Assembly (NCBI GenBank): GCA_944345705.1
Contig: CALVML010000002.1
Span: 19,992-83,991 of the forward strand
DNA from: an uncultured Clostridia bacterium
Lineage (GTDB): Bacteria > Bacillota > Clostridia > Christensenellales > UBA1242
DNA length: 64,000 nt
Reading direction: 5' to 3'
Shown here: positions 17,934 to 26,977 of the stretch, piece by piece
Layout: the number at the start of each line of letters is the position of its first letter
Numbering within the stretch: position 1 is the first letter of the stretch
Translations under genes and position numbers: made by a program
Notes under the pieces: model-generated
Seen by the model: the letters and a program-made list of their open reading frames with translations, nothing else
Told to the model about the DNA's origin: nothing
Databases searched by the model: none

Positions 17934-19103
17934 CTATTTTTTAGATAAATTAGCATAAGGCTCCCCCATAAGCAAATGCTTAAAAGAGCCATTGTCATTT
18001 TTTTGCAACATAAACTCAACATTGACATCTTTTTGAAAAATCATGATGATGTTGCTTCCGCCAAACAAAAAGTATCCAAGCGGATCGCCACGCCTAACTT
18101 TCTTGCCGACCTTTAAATCTTTTTCAAAATTGCAAGAGCATATTTGTGACATACCAACTGGCAAAATAGCAACATATCCAAATTTATCGGTTTCTAAAAT
18201 AATGCAATCTCGAGTTTCTATCATTTGAAAGCCCATTTCATTGTAGTAAACATATCTCTTTTCCTTTGCATTCCACTCTGTGACACCACCGCCAGCATTC
18301 GCACCGATAATCTTGCGTATCTCGCAAATTTTACCGTCAACCGGAAAATGATATCTATGATAGTCATTGACATCAAGAAAGGTATGTGTCAAAGTACCAC
18401 CTGCAAAAGCGTTGCAAAAGGCACTATCTCTGCCAATCAAATCACCAATAGATGTCAATTTCTTAGATTTTACATAGACATCGTTGTTAATTAGCATATT
18501 ATTTTCATCTATTTGATATATTCCCTGTGGCGTTGAGTCTGCTGGAGCAACAACATCGGTGTCCGCAATCGGTCTATAGCTTTGATCAATCAATTTTCTG
18601 CTGAAAAAATCATTAAAACTATGCCAAATGTTTTTGTTTCCATAATATCCTTTACTCAAGCCAAATTTGTCATCTTTTAGTGCATTATTATAGAAATCAT
18701 CATTCCAACTTTTCTTTTTAGTTAAAAATTTACCCCAAGCGATTGCATAATCTCTTATCCAACTTGCAATTGGCTGACAATATTGTAGAGATGGATAATA
18801 AAACCCCTTATCTTTTAATTCATCCAAGGGCTGATCAAATATAAACCAAAAATAACCTGTCGCTTGATCCATAGCAGAATAAAGTGAGCTGTACTTCTTA
18901 TCTTTCAGTACTTCCCAAGGCAAGCATTTGACTGACCAGTCTAAAAAATCATAGAGCTCTTCAAGAGATTGTGCTGGATTTGTTATTTTGTCTGGATTAA
19001 TGGCTTTTGCCTTTTGCAGACTTTTGACAACTAAATTCTTTAAATTTTCGTCTTTTTCTAAAAATTTGATGAATTTTTTTGTAGTTTTTTCATGTTTTTT
19101 CAT
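17934..19103 (-). CDS. Phosphatidylserine decarboxylase family protein (long form)
   Basis: PSD-like C-terminal core with the F-G-G-S self-cleavage-type motif (GYFLFGGSNIIMIF). Confidence 0.75.
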   Translation of the reverse strand: MKKHEKTTKKFIKFLEKDENLKNLVVKSLQKAKAINPDKITNPAQSLEELYDFLDWSVKCLPWEVLKDKKYSSLYSAMDQATGYFWFIFDQPLDELKDKGFYYPSLQYCQPIASWIRDYAIAWGKFLTKKKSWNDDFYNNALKDDKFGLSKGYYGNKNIWHSFNDFFSRKLIDQSYRPIADTDVVAPADSTPQGIYQIDENNMLINNDVYVKSKKLTSIGDLIGRDSAFCNAFAGGTLTHTFLDVNDYHRYHFPVDGKICEIRKIIGANAGGGVTEWNAKEKRYVYYNEMGFQMIETRDCIILETDKFGYVAILPVGMSQICSCNFEKDLKVGKKVRRGDPLGYFLFGGSNIIMIFQKDVNVEFMLQKNDNGSFKHLLMGEPYANLSKK

Positions 19104-19126
19104 ATTTTTCCTTTTTATTTTAATGT

Positions 19127-19618
19127 CTAATTTTCATTTTTTATATCTAAATGCTGACCTAATTTTTCAAACCACACTTGCTTTGAAAATGAAACATTTG
19201 CAGGGCTTGTAGATGGAAGATAGTCAAAATCAATATTTGGAAAATATTTTTGAGCTATGTCTAAACTTGCCTTTCCATTACAAAAAACCGCCACAATATT
19301 TGGATATTTCTTCAAAAGCAAATTTAAATCGTTAATCTCAAGAATATTATTCTTAAGTTCGCTATCACTTGAGCCTTTTAAAGATGATGACTTCACTATA
19401 TCCCAAATTGCAATATTATGTTTCAAAAGGAATTCCTTTTTATAGTCAATATCGTCTTCAATCATTTCATCAAAATACTCTGCAAGGATCTTCCAAAATC
19501 TATTCTGCTTATTGCCATAATAAAAGCCTATTTCTCTACTTTTAACACTAGGAAAACTACCTAAAATTAAAATTTTGCAATCATTATCAATAACCGGTGC
19601 AAAACATTCTATATTCAT
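19127..19618 (-). CDS. DNA-deoxyinosine (hypoxanthine) glycosylase, UDG superfamily
   Basis: ILILGSFPSVKS...FYYGNKQNRFWKIL N-terminal motif and PSTSPAN near the C-terminus. Confidence 0.75.
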   Translation of the reverse strand: MNIECFAPVIDNDCKILILGSFPSVKSREIGFYYGNKQNRFWKILAEYFDEMIEDDIDYKKEFLLKHNIAIWDIVKSSSLKGSSDSELKNNILEINDLNLLLKKYPNIVAVFCNGKASLDIAQKYFPNIDFDYLPSTSPANVSFSKQVWFEKLGQHLDIKNEN

Positions 19619-19624
19619 AGATAA

Positions 19625-19653
19625 AGTATATAATAATAATTAGATATTTCCAA
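19625..19653 (-). promoter_or_regulatory. Promoter TTGGAA-17-TATACT ending 6 nt before the ATG
   Basis: -35 at 19648-19653, -10 at 19625-19630, then TTATCT and ATG (19616-19618). No SD. Confidence 0.45.
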
Positions 19654-19744
19654 CAATTTTTATGTATATTTTCAATTAAAAAAACGATCAATCATCTATG
19701 AAAAATCGCTTTTTCTTAATTTAAAAGAAATTATTTAATTTAAG

Positions 19745-20014
19745 CTAAAACCAAGGGTTGAACATGTTACAATTGTCAAACCTATTACAACATCTATTGC
19801 ACCTTGTGCATCTATTACATCTAAAGCAATGACACTCGTTGCAATGATTTCTAAAGCGGAAGCAATTACGATTGCAATAATTGCTTAAAAATCTAAAGTT
19901 AAAACAATCGCATCGTGAAAACCCGCAAAAACCACAAAAACAATTTCTTCTATGACAACAACTAGTATTGTTACAATTGCAATAAGGCAGATCAAATATT
20001 AGATTGTTTATCAA
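19745..20014 (-). CDS. Ambiguous 89-codon ORF encoding a ~25% Cys peptide (TTG start, no SD)
   Basis: Only ORF-level support. The +1 frame of the same strand reads as a hydrophobic peptide broken by one TAA. See the finding at these coordinates. Confidence 0.3.
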   Translation of the reverse strand: MINNLIFDLPYCNCNNTSCCHRRNCFCGFCGFSRCDCFNFRFLSNYCNRNCFRFRNHCNECHCFRCNRCTRCNRCCNRFDNCNMFNPWF

Positions 20015-20034
20015 GATTGTAAAAGGGATATAAC

Positions 20035-20062
20035 AAAAAAACGCTATACTAAAAAGTATAGC
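20035..20062 (-). terminator. Rho-independent terminator of the U32 peptidase gene
   Basis: GCTATAC/GTATAGC stem followed by U7 on the minus strand. Confidence 0.7.
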
Positions 20063-20121
20063 ATTTTAAGTTACGTTAAAATATTGTCCAAGTTATAAAA
20101 CTTTAAATATAAATGCAAACA

Positions 20122-22290
20122 CTAGATTTCAATTATTTCGCTTATATTATCTGGTAAAGACTTGTCAAATTTTTGTTTTGATTTTAAAACAAATTGACAA
20201 GAGGAGATTTTTTTTCTTTTAAGATCAAAATTATATTGATTTAAACTATAAGAAATCCCTTCTTTATACCTGCAGTTTTTACAGTCACCGCCAATATGTT
20301 CTTTAAACGGACAATGTTTAAAATACATGAAGTTTGGATAATAAGATGAAAAAGCAAAAAGCCTAGCCCCAGAATTAAAAATTTTTGCAAGCTCATTATC
20401 TTCAATGCTTAAGATAATATTTTCAAAATTATTTTCCTTGTAAAACTTAACTGAATAGGAATTATAGACATTCATATTGTTGCCAATTATTATTCTATCA
20501 CTAGAAGTTAAAGATAAATGCGAATAATTAGATGCCACTATGCCCAGATTTTCTATTCTTTCTAGAAAGGATTTTATAACGCACAAATCTTCTTCAGTCG
20601 AGATTACTGGTAAAAATAAATATAGTTTATTTTCCCTACAAAAATTTTCCAATTCTTCAAAACTTAATCTGTTAAAGTCATATACTAAAATTGTATTTTC
20701 ATCAGCATTTTTAGCAAGCTTTTCGAGATTTTGTGATAAAATCATCTTTTTTGACGCATTTTTTTGATTTTTTAGTGAAATTTTTTCATTTTTTTGTATT
20801 TTATGTTTTTCAAGGTCATTTTCTAATTGATAGCATTTTAGTATTTCATTTTGTAGTTGCGAAAATGCTTGTCGCCTAAATTCATTCAATTTACTTTTAG
20901 CAATAAAGATATCATCCATGTAGGTTTTAATTGATTTAATGTAAAATATTTCACCACATTTTTCAAAACAGTTTTTGACATCTTCTCTTGTTATTGGTTG
21001 ATTTTGTGCAGGCTCTAAAACAAAATCAGACTTTAGTTCTATTTTACTATCGCCACATTCAAGTTTGACTTTTAAATGATGATTTGCTCTAGCGATAAAT
21101 TCTACCATTACAGGCAATTTTCGCTTTCGATCTAAAATCTCCTTTTCAAACTCTATATCTACAATTCGATTTACCTGCCAAAGTTTTTTAGGCAGAAAGG
21201 TTGAAGTTATTTTATATAACTTGTCCCCGACCTTTTGAACATCATTTGCAACAATAGATCCGCATTCCTTTTCATTATCAAAAAATTTTAGTGCATCGCC
21301 TCTATTTATCTTTTGACTTGATTGAATAAAAATTTCGTTGAATTTTCGTCCACTATTACATTTTATTACTTTGCCAATATATTCGCCTATGTGGTTTTGA
21401 CATTTGTCATAGATAATCTTTTCATCTTTAAAATACCCTTGCACAAAATTACCGCGATTGAAAACCTTCTTTGCGTTTTCAATTGCTTGATCCTCCAAAG
21501 TGAATTGATGATCAAGTGAATATCTATACAAACGAACTATCTCGCCAACATAACTTGCCCGTCTTGCCCTGCCTTCAATCTTTAAGCTTGTAACTCCCGC
21601 ATCACATAATTCCTTTAAAGATGGAAGCATACAAAAATCTTTTGTACTTAGTAGATAGCCTTCTTTTTGCAAATTTTCCGTTTGCAAACTATACTTAAGC
21701 CTACAGAATTGTTTGCACTTGCCACGATTACCACTCGCCCCAGCAAGCAAACTGCATAAGTAGCAATTACCAGAAAATGCCACACACAGCGCTCCATGCA
21801 CAAAATACTCAATCTCTATAGGGGTATTTTCTTTTATTCGTCTTATCTCCTTAAGCGAAGTTTCTCTTGCAAGCACAACCCGAGAAAACCCTAATCTTTC
21901 TAAAAACTGCACTCCTTCCAGTGTCTGCACACCCATTTGTGTACTTGCGTGAAGCACAATAGAAGGAAAAGTAAGTCTTAATAAATAAGCCATGCCGATA
22001 TCCTGGATGATAAAGGCGTCAACATTACTTTCTAATGCAAATTTGACAAGATTTAAAAAATCATCTACCTCTTCATCTTTGATAAGCGTGTTTATAGTTA
22101 AATATATTTTGACGCCAAAAAGATGAGCAAAATCTACACACTGCGCGAGATTTTCTCTATTAAAGTTTTCAATATTTCCCCTTGCGTTAAAATCGTCAAG
22201 ACCAAGATAGACCGCATTCGCACCATTAAAAATTGCCATCTTTAGACTGTCCAAATTCCCTGCAGGAGCAAGTAATTCAATATTTGCCAT
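20122..22290 (-). CDS. Peptidase U32 family protein (long form)
   Basis: N-terminal ELLAPAGN...GANAVYLG and the U32 signature EYFVHGALCVAFSGNCYLCS. Confidence 0.9.
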   Translation of the reverse strand: MANIELLAPAGNLDSLKMAIFNGANAVYLGLDDFNARGNIENFNRENLAQCVDFAHLFGVKIYLTINTLIKDEEVDDFLNLVKFALESNVDAFIIQDIGMAYLLRLTFPSIVLHASTQMGVQTLEGVQFLERLGFSRVVLARETSLKEIRRIKENTPIEIEYFVHGALCVAFSGNCYLCSLLAGASGNRGKCKQFCRLKYSLQTENLQKEGYLLSTKDFCMLPSLKELCDAGVTSLKIEGRARRASYVGEIVRLYRYSLDHQFTLEDQAIENAKKVFNRGNFVQGYFKDEKIIYDKCQNHIGEYIGKVIKCNSGRKFNEIFIQSSQKINRGDALKFFDNEKECGSIVANDVQKVGDKLYKITSTFLPKKLWQVNRIVDIEFEKEILDRKRKLPVMVEFIARANHHLKVKLECGDSKIELKSDFVLEPAQNQPITREDVKNCFEKCGEIFYIKSIKTYMDDIFIAKSKLNEFRRQAFSQLQNEILKCYQLENDLEKHKIQKNEKISLKNQKNASKKMILSQNLEKLAKNADENTILVYDFNRLSFEELENFCRENKLYLFLPVISTEEDLCVIKSFLERIENLGIVASNYSHLSLTSSDRIIIGNNMNVYNSYSVKFYKENNFENIILSIEDNELAKIFNSGARLFAFSSYYPNFMYFKHCPFKEHIGGDCKNCRYKEGISYSLNQYNFDLKRKKISSCQFVLKSKQKFDKSLPDNISEIIEI

Positions 22291-22357
22291 AAGTTGTCCT
22301 TTTATGTCGAAAGATTATTAAAATTAAGAGTTAGATCTCAAATTTTAAAATTTCAAA

Positions 22358-22386
22358 TTGACAAATTTGCCCTTTTGTCATATAAT
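22358..22386 (+). promoter_or_regulatory. Consensus promoter TTGACA-17-TATAAT
   Basis: -35 at 22358-22363, -10 at 22381-22386. The 7-bp inverted repeat TGACAAA/TTTGTCA overlaps the -35 hexamer and the 3' end of the spacer. It lies about 95 nt upstream of the ATG at 22482. Confidence 0.6.
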
Positions 22387-22481
22387 TGTAATACAAAGAA
22401 GGTATTTAAACAAATAAAATCACCTACTTTAAAAATTTTTATCACCTTAAAAACATTAGGTATTCTAAAAAAGGAGAATAA

Positions 22482-23198
22482 ATGAATAAACAACTAGAAA
22501 AAGCAATGCTAGATGGCAAAATAAGACTTGTCGACTGCAAACTTGAGGATGTCGCCTATTTATATGATAAATATTTCTTTAATTTTGAACATGAATTCTT
22601 TACCACAAAACCTTATGGATACTATTCAAGTGCACAGGCACAATCTACACAGATGATAGATATGCAGGTTTTGGATAAAGGTATAGTGACAAATGATGGA
22701 GCAATTTATCCCGTTTACAATCTTGACCGAAGCAAGAGTGTTTGGCTTGAAGAAAACCACATCAACAATCATGTCATCTCCAGCGCGTGGCTTAGACTTA
22801 ATGGTATTGATCTATCAAATTCAGTGCGTTATGCAAGATATGAAAAAGGGCTTGAATTTTATCCATGTCATGAATGCTTTCAAAAACTTGAAGGTATAGA
22901 AGATGTGGACACACTTATCAAAACCTATGTTGAAATATATGAAAAAAGCTTGCACAAAGACCATGTTGTTGGCCTGTTGCCAGACCAAATCAGAACCATG
23001 TCAAAAGTTGCTCAATCGCTCAACGAAAACTTTGTAGACGCAGTAACCAAAACCGACTGTTTTGGCTACACAAAAAAACCAAATCAATATGAAGATTATA
23101 AAGATCACAAAAATGCAAAATATAACCGACTATATCTAAAAGAAGTATTTCAATATGATGAAAACGATCTGGCAAATATAGAAAGACGAAATTTTTGA
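22482..23198 (+). CDS. Hypothetical 238-aa protein
   Basis: AAAGGAG SD. Soluble, and no family recognised. Confidence 0.65.
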   Translation: MNKQLEKAMLDGKIRLVDCKLEDVAYLYDKYFFNFEHEFFTTKPYGYYSSAQAQSTQMIDMQVLDKGIVTNDGAIYPVYNLDRSKSVWLEENHINNHVISSAWLRLNGIDLSNSVRYARYEKGLEFYPCHECFQKLEGIEDVDTLIKTYVEIYEKSLHKDHVVGLLPDQIRTMSKVAQSLNENFVDAVTKTDCFGYTKKPNQYEDYKDHKNAKYNRLYLKEVFQYDENDLANIERRNF

Positions 23199-23218
23199 TA
23201 AAAAATTTAATATTATAA

Positions 23219-23253
23219 AATATCTCAAAGTATGAAAACTCTGAGATATTTTT
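23219..23253. terminator. Bidirectional terminator
   Basis: TATCTCA ... TGAGATA stem flanked by A and T runs, between convergent genes. Confidence 0.6.
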
Positions 23254-23288
23254 GTATAACCTTTTCTTTACAAAAGATTAATATCTTT

Positions 23289-25448
23289 TTAATACTTACT
23301 AGCATAAACAGCATATCCATTTTCTGAATTTTTATATTCATAATTATTTTTAATAGTATTATTCAAAACACCTTGCAATTCTTCAGGAATTCTAAGCGTG
23401 TTTACAACGTAAAATAATCCACCAAAATCAAAATAAGACTCATCTGCATTTGCAATTAATGGCTCACTTTCAATTGTAAGATCTCTTAATACGACGCCAT
23501 TATTGACAAAAGCTTCTTCTCCAATACTTTCAACGTCCTTCGGTATAGTGATTTTAGCTAATTCGTCACAATTTTTAAACGCATAAGCTCCAATAGTTTG
23601 CAGTTTTGATCCTTCTTCAAATTTTATTTCTTTTATAGACAACCAATAACCATCCTCAGTCATCAAATCAGAAGGCTGAGCAAACGCATAGTCTCCAATG
23701 CTTACTACACTTGCTGGTATTGTAATTGTTTCCAGTTTATTACATCCATAAAAAGTATAGTCTCCTATTGATTCAAGTTGAGAATTCGGTTCAAAAATCA
23801 CCTCTTTTAAGTTACTGATCATCTGAGGATATGGGTCTGGAATAACAGAACCACGACCTAGTAAATTAATACAAGATTCAGGATAATATGATGAAACAGA
23901 AAATGCACCATCCATATTTTTAACGCTTTGCGGTATTGTAATACTTTGTAAACTTTCACACCCAATGAATACACGACCATAAATAATATGACAATTGTCA
24001 TTTATTATGAAACTAGTGATCGACGATTTATCTCCATTAACTCCAACTAACATGAAATAAGGATTTGATGAATCACCAAGATATTTTCCGTATCCATCTA
24101 TGGTACCTTGCAAGTTTGAACAACTATCGAAGATTATAGATCCTAGTTTTTTAATTGTTGATGGTATATTGATTGACTGTAATGCATAACAATCTGCAAA
24201 TGCAGCATCATCTATTTCTTCTATATTTGTAGGTATATTTATAATTTCTATTCTTTTACAATAAGAAAATGCTTGTACACCAATTCTTTTCAGTGTTGAT
24301 GGCAATACTAAGGTTTGCAGATTTGCTTGACATGCGAAAGCTCTGTCATCAATCGTTTCCACTTTGGAATCTTGCGAAAATGTAACACTAATTAGTGGTG
24401 CTCCGTCTATATATCCATCGCTTGTGAACTGGCGAAAAGAGTCCTGACCAACTGTAATTATGTTTGTTCCCTCTTTCTCTACTATATAATCAACAGAATT
24501 TACTGATACAGTATCATAATATGATGGAATAACAATATCTTTATCACTGCCTATATAATTTGTAAGAGTGTTACCATCAAAAGTAAAGTCATCAAGTCTG
24601 CGATATGTTCCACCATCTGCATAGATTGTTATGTTACTCTCTGGCATAGTGAACGAATATTGTCCGTCTATTTGATTGATAGTGATATGTTCTTCACTGC
24701 CATTTTCAATATAATAGAGTCCTGAAAAGAGTGTAACATAATCTTCAGTTACTGAATCTTGTCCATTTGCAGTGACGATAATCTGTTCACCATTTGTTGC
24801 GCTATCTTTGCTTACTGCACTCACTATTCCACTTGCTGATGGATCAATTGATACTGAATAGATTGCTGGAGCTTCTTCATCAGTGTTTTCAAAGGTGTAA
24901 TTTAGTGAAAAACCTTGAATAGATGCGCTTTTTGTTGGATCTTTGATATGGAATACTATTTGACAATCTACTGAGTTATCGCTTGAGCCGTCATTTGCTG
25001 AAATAATTGTGTTTGTCTTTACGTTTCCATCAATCTTTGCTTGCATGGTCATATTGTTCATTTGAGTATAACTTGTTTCCAATGCCATCTTTAGATTGCT
25101 CTCTGTATGATTGTTGGTCACGCTAAATGATATTGTCACGTCTTCTAATCCATCGAATGTGATCTCTAAATTTTGCCATGTTGCTTTTTCTGTTGTTCCG
25201 TCTGTGGTAGGTGAAAGTACAATCTCTTGCATCTTGTTTTCACCTGCAACTGTTCCATTAGTTAATATACCTTGTGAGATAGTCGCTTGGACATCTGTTG
25301 CTTGGAATGATATATTTCCGCCGATATTCATATCAAACTTCTTGATAGCAAGTGTAACCGATACCGCTGTAGTGATAAGTAAAAGTAATGTAAGCAAGAT
25401 ATTGCATACAATCATTACTGATTTATTCTTTATCTTTTGATCTTTCAC
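23289..25448 (-). CDS. Membrane-anchored surface protein with a shared N-terminal domain and BspA-type leucine-rich repeats
   Basis: GTG start with an AAAGGAG SD. There is an N-terminal TM/signal anchor. Residues ~30-200 are paralogous to the upstream gene. The C-terminal half has repeated IP.s...IG..AF..C..L units (e.g. ITIPASVVSIGDYAF, INIPSTIKKLGSIIFDSCSNLQ). Confidence 0.8.
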   Translation of the reverse strand: MKDQKIKNKSVMIVCNILLTLLLLITTAVSVTLAIKKFDMNIGGNISFQATDVQATISQGILTNGTVAGENKMQEIVLSPTTDGTTEKATWQNLEITFDGLEDVTISFSVTNNHTESNLKMALETSYTQMNNMTMQAKIDGNVKTNTIISANDGSSDNSVDCQIVFHIKDPTKSASIQGFSLNYTFENTDEEAPAIYSVSIDPSASGIVSAVSKDSATNGEQIIVTANGQDSVTEDYVTLFSGLYYIENGSEEHITINQIDGQYSFTMPESNITIYADGGTYRRLDDFTFDGNTLTNYIGSDKDIVIPSYYDTVSVNSVDYIVEKEGTNIITVGQDSFRQFTSDGYIDGAPLISVTFSQDSKVETIDDRAFACQANLQTLVLPSTLKRIGVQAFSYCKRIEIINIPTNIEEIDDAAFADCYALQSINIPSTIKKLGSIIFDSCSNLQGTIDGYGKYLGDSSNPYFMLVGVNGDKSSITSFIINDNCHIIYGRVFIGCESLQSITIPQSVKNMDGAFSVSSYYPESCINLLGRGSVIPDPYPQMISNLKEVIFEPNSQLESIGDYTFYGCNKLETITIPASVVSIGDYAFAQPSDLMTEDGYWLSIKEIKFEEGSKLQTIGAYAFKNCDELAKITIPKDVESIGEEAFVNNGVVLRDLTIESEPLIANADESYFDFGGLFYVVNTLRIPEELQGVLNNTIKNNYEYKNSENGYAVYASKY

Positions 25449-25466
25449 TTTCTATCTCCTTTTAGT

Positions 25467-26054
25467 TTATTCGTTTACTTGTTCAAGGTCACATGTAAAT
25501 GTAAAGCCATCTATACTTGCGCTTTGTGTATTGTTTGTAATATGAAATTTGATCACACAATCTACTTCATTGTCGTTTGAGCCTGCGTCTGCTGGTATTG
25601 TCACTGTAGGAGTTGTTGATACATCAGTTCCATCTACTGTAGCTGTCATCTTCATATTATCTGCCGATGTTGAGTTTGTACTCAATGTCATCTTTAAGCC
25701 ACTTTCTGTATGGTTGTTTGTTACTGTAAATGTAATTGTCACATCTTGAAGTCCGTCAAATGTGATTACTAAGTTTTGCCATGTTGCCTTTTCTGTAGCA
25801 CCATCTGTCCCTGGTGTCAATGTAATTGCCTGCATCTTGCTTTCGCTGTCTGCTAGTGTTCCGTTTGCTACCACTCCTTTAGAGATAGTTGCCTGTACTT
25901 CACTTGCCTGGAAATTGATATTTCCACCTATATTCATATTAAACCTGTCTATGGCAAGTGTTATCGTCACAGCTGTAGTGACAAGTAAAAGTAGTGTGAG
26001 TAAAACGTTGCAAATTATCAAAAATGATTTTCTTTTTACATTTGAATCTTTCAT
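25467..26054 (-). CDS. 195-aa membrane-anchored protein, paralogue of the N-terminal domain of the downstream LRR protein
   Basis: ATG at 26054 with an AAAGGAGGG SD. It has a TM anchor and is ~60-65% identical by eye to residues 1-190 of the 23289-25448 product (NIGGNI.FQA..VQATIS.G...EKATWQNL.ITFDGL.DVTI.F.VTNNHTES.LKM). Confidence 0.75.
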   Translation of the reverse strand: MKDSNVKRKSFLIICNVLLTLLLLVTTAVTITLAIDRFNMNIGGNINFQASEVQATISKGVVANGTLADSESKMQAITLTPGTDGATEKATWQNLVITFDGLQDVTITFTVTNNHTESGLKMTLSTNSTSADNMKMTATVDGTDVSTTPTVTIPADAGSNDNEVDCVIKFHITNNTQSASIDGFTFTCDLEQVNE

Positions 26055-26106
26055 CTTTTGCCCTCCTTTTAAAAAATTCAATGTCAATCTTTTTTTGACA
26101 ACTTCT

Positions 26107-26134
26107 ATTATATCCCCCCCCCGCAAAATGTCAA
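26107..26134 (-). promoter_or_regulatory. Consensus promoter TTGACA-16-TATAAT with a G9 homopolymer in the spacer
   Basis: The minus strand reads TTGACATTTTGCGGGGGGGGGATATAAT. -35 at 26129-26134, G9 at 26114-26122, -10 at 26107-26112. Confidence 0.65.
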
Positions 26135-26332
26135 ATTTTTAAGCGTTTTTTTTCAAAAAACATTTGACATTTTGCGAAAATTTCTGAAAATATCGGAAAA
26201 TTAATGAGATTTTTAATAAAATTTTATACCATTTCACATTTTTTACGCATTTGTTTGAAAATATGTAAAATTTCTAAAACATAAAAATTAATGGAATTTA
26301 AAAAATTGATTTAGTTAACGTCGTTAGCTTCA

Positions 26333-26357
26333 ACAAAAAACAAGGCTGTAAAGCCTT
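26333..26357 (-). terminator. Rho-independent terminator of ndk
   Basis: CAAGGCT-(4-nt loop)-AGCCTTG followed by a U-run on the minus strand. Confidence 0.7.
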
Positions 26358-26397
26358 GCTTGATTACTAATATAGTTTTATAATAAATGAATATAAT

Positions 26398-26841
26398 TTA
26401 ATTTCTTATATAAATATACCATTTTAAAAGAGTGTAAAATATTTCAAGTTCGCTTGTCGCAGACTTTTCGCTGTCCGATGCATGCACTACATTTTGCGTA
26501 ATGCGCAGTGGTAGATTGAGCATCTTTGGCACTTCATATCTAATGGTGTGCGGATCAGGATTTTTAGTTGCTCCAACAAGTTTGCGTATCTTTGCAATTG
26601 CATCGTCACCCTGAACTTCCATTCCGTATGCCTTATCACTTGTGATATATTCTTCAAGTCCTTGATAAAAGTCTTTGCCGACATGTTCAGCATAGTGTTT
26701 GCGTGCAGAGAGTGCATCATATTTTATATATCCTTCTTTGACAACTTGCATACCAACTGATTGCAACTGGCTTTTTACATAATCTATCACTTGTGGATAG
26801 TTTGCAAATTCAGGCTTTACCATAACATAAGATTTTTCCAT
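26398..26841 (-). CDS. ndk: Nucleoside diphosphate kinase
   Basis: The N-terminus YVMVKPE and the active-site region NVVHASDS fit NDK. Length ~147 aa, with an AAGGGG SD. Confidence 0.8.
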   Translation of the reverse strand: MEKSYVMVKPEFANYPQVIDYVKSQLQSVGMQVVKEGYIKYDALSARKHYAEHVGKDFYQGLEEYITSDKAYGMEVQGDDAIAKIRKLVGATKNPDPHTIRYEVPKMLNLPLRITQNVVHASDSEKSATSELEIFYTLLKWYIYIRN

Positions 26842-26977
26842 TTTTTCTTTCCCCTTATATAAATTTGAATAATTATAGCAAAAAATTTAGAAAATAAGCA
26901 AAAAATTTAGAAAATTATTAAAATTTTATTAATAATTATGAAATTTCCATTTTTAATTTTAAAAAACGCAAATAAAA

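Noticed and set aside
26055-26126. N-terminal extension (MRGGDIIEVV...) of the 25467 ORF, starting at TTG and translating the G9 tract
   Set aside because: The ATG at 26054 has a canonical AAAGGAGGG SD, and the paralogue starts at the equivalent MKD... position. The upstream part is a consensus promoter rather than coding sequence.
26137-26161. An invertible promoter (inverton) bounded by the 15-bp inverted repeats
   Set aside because: The segment between the repeats is only 25 bp and contains no promoter. No recombinase gene is nearby.
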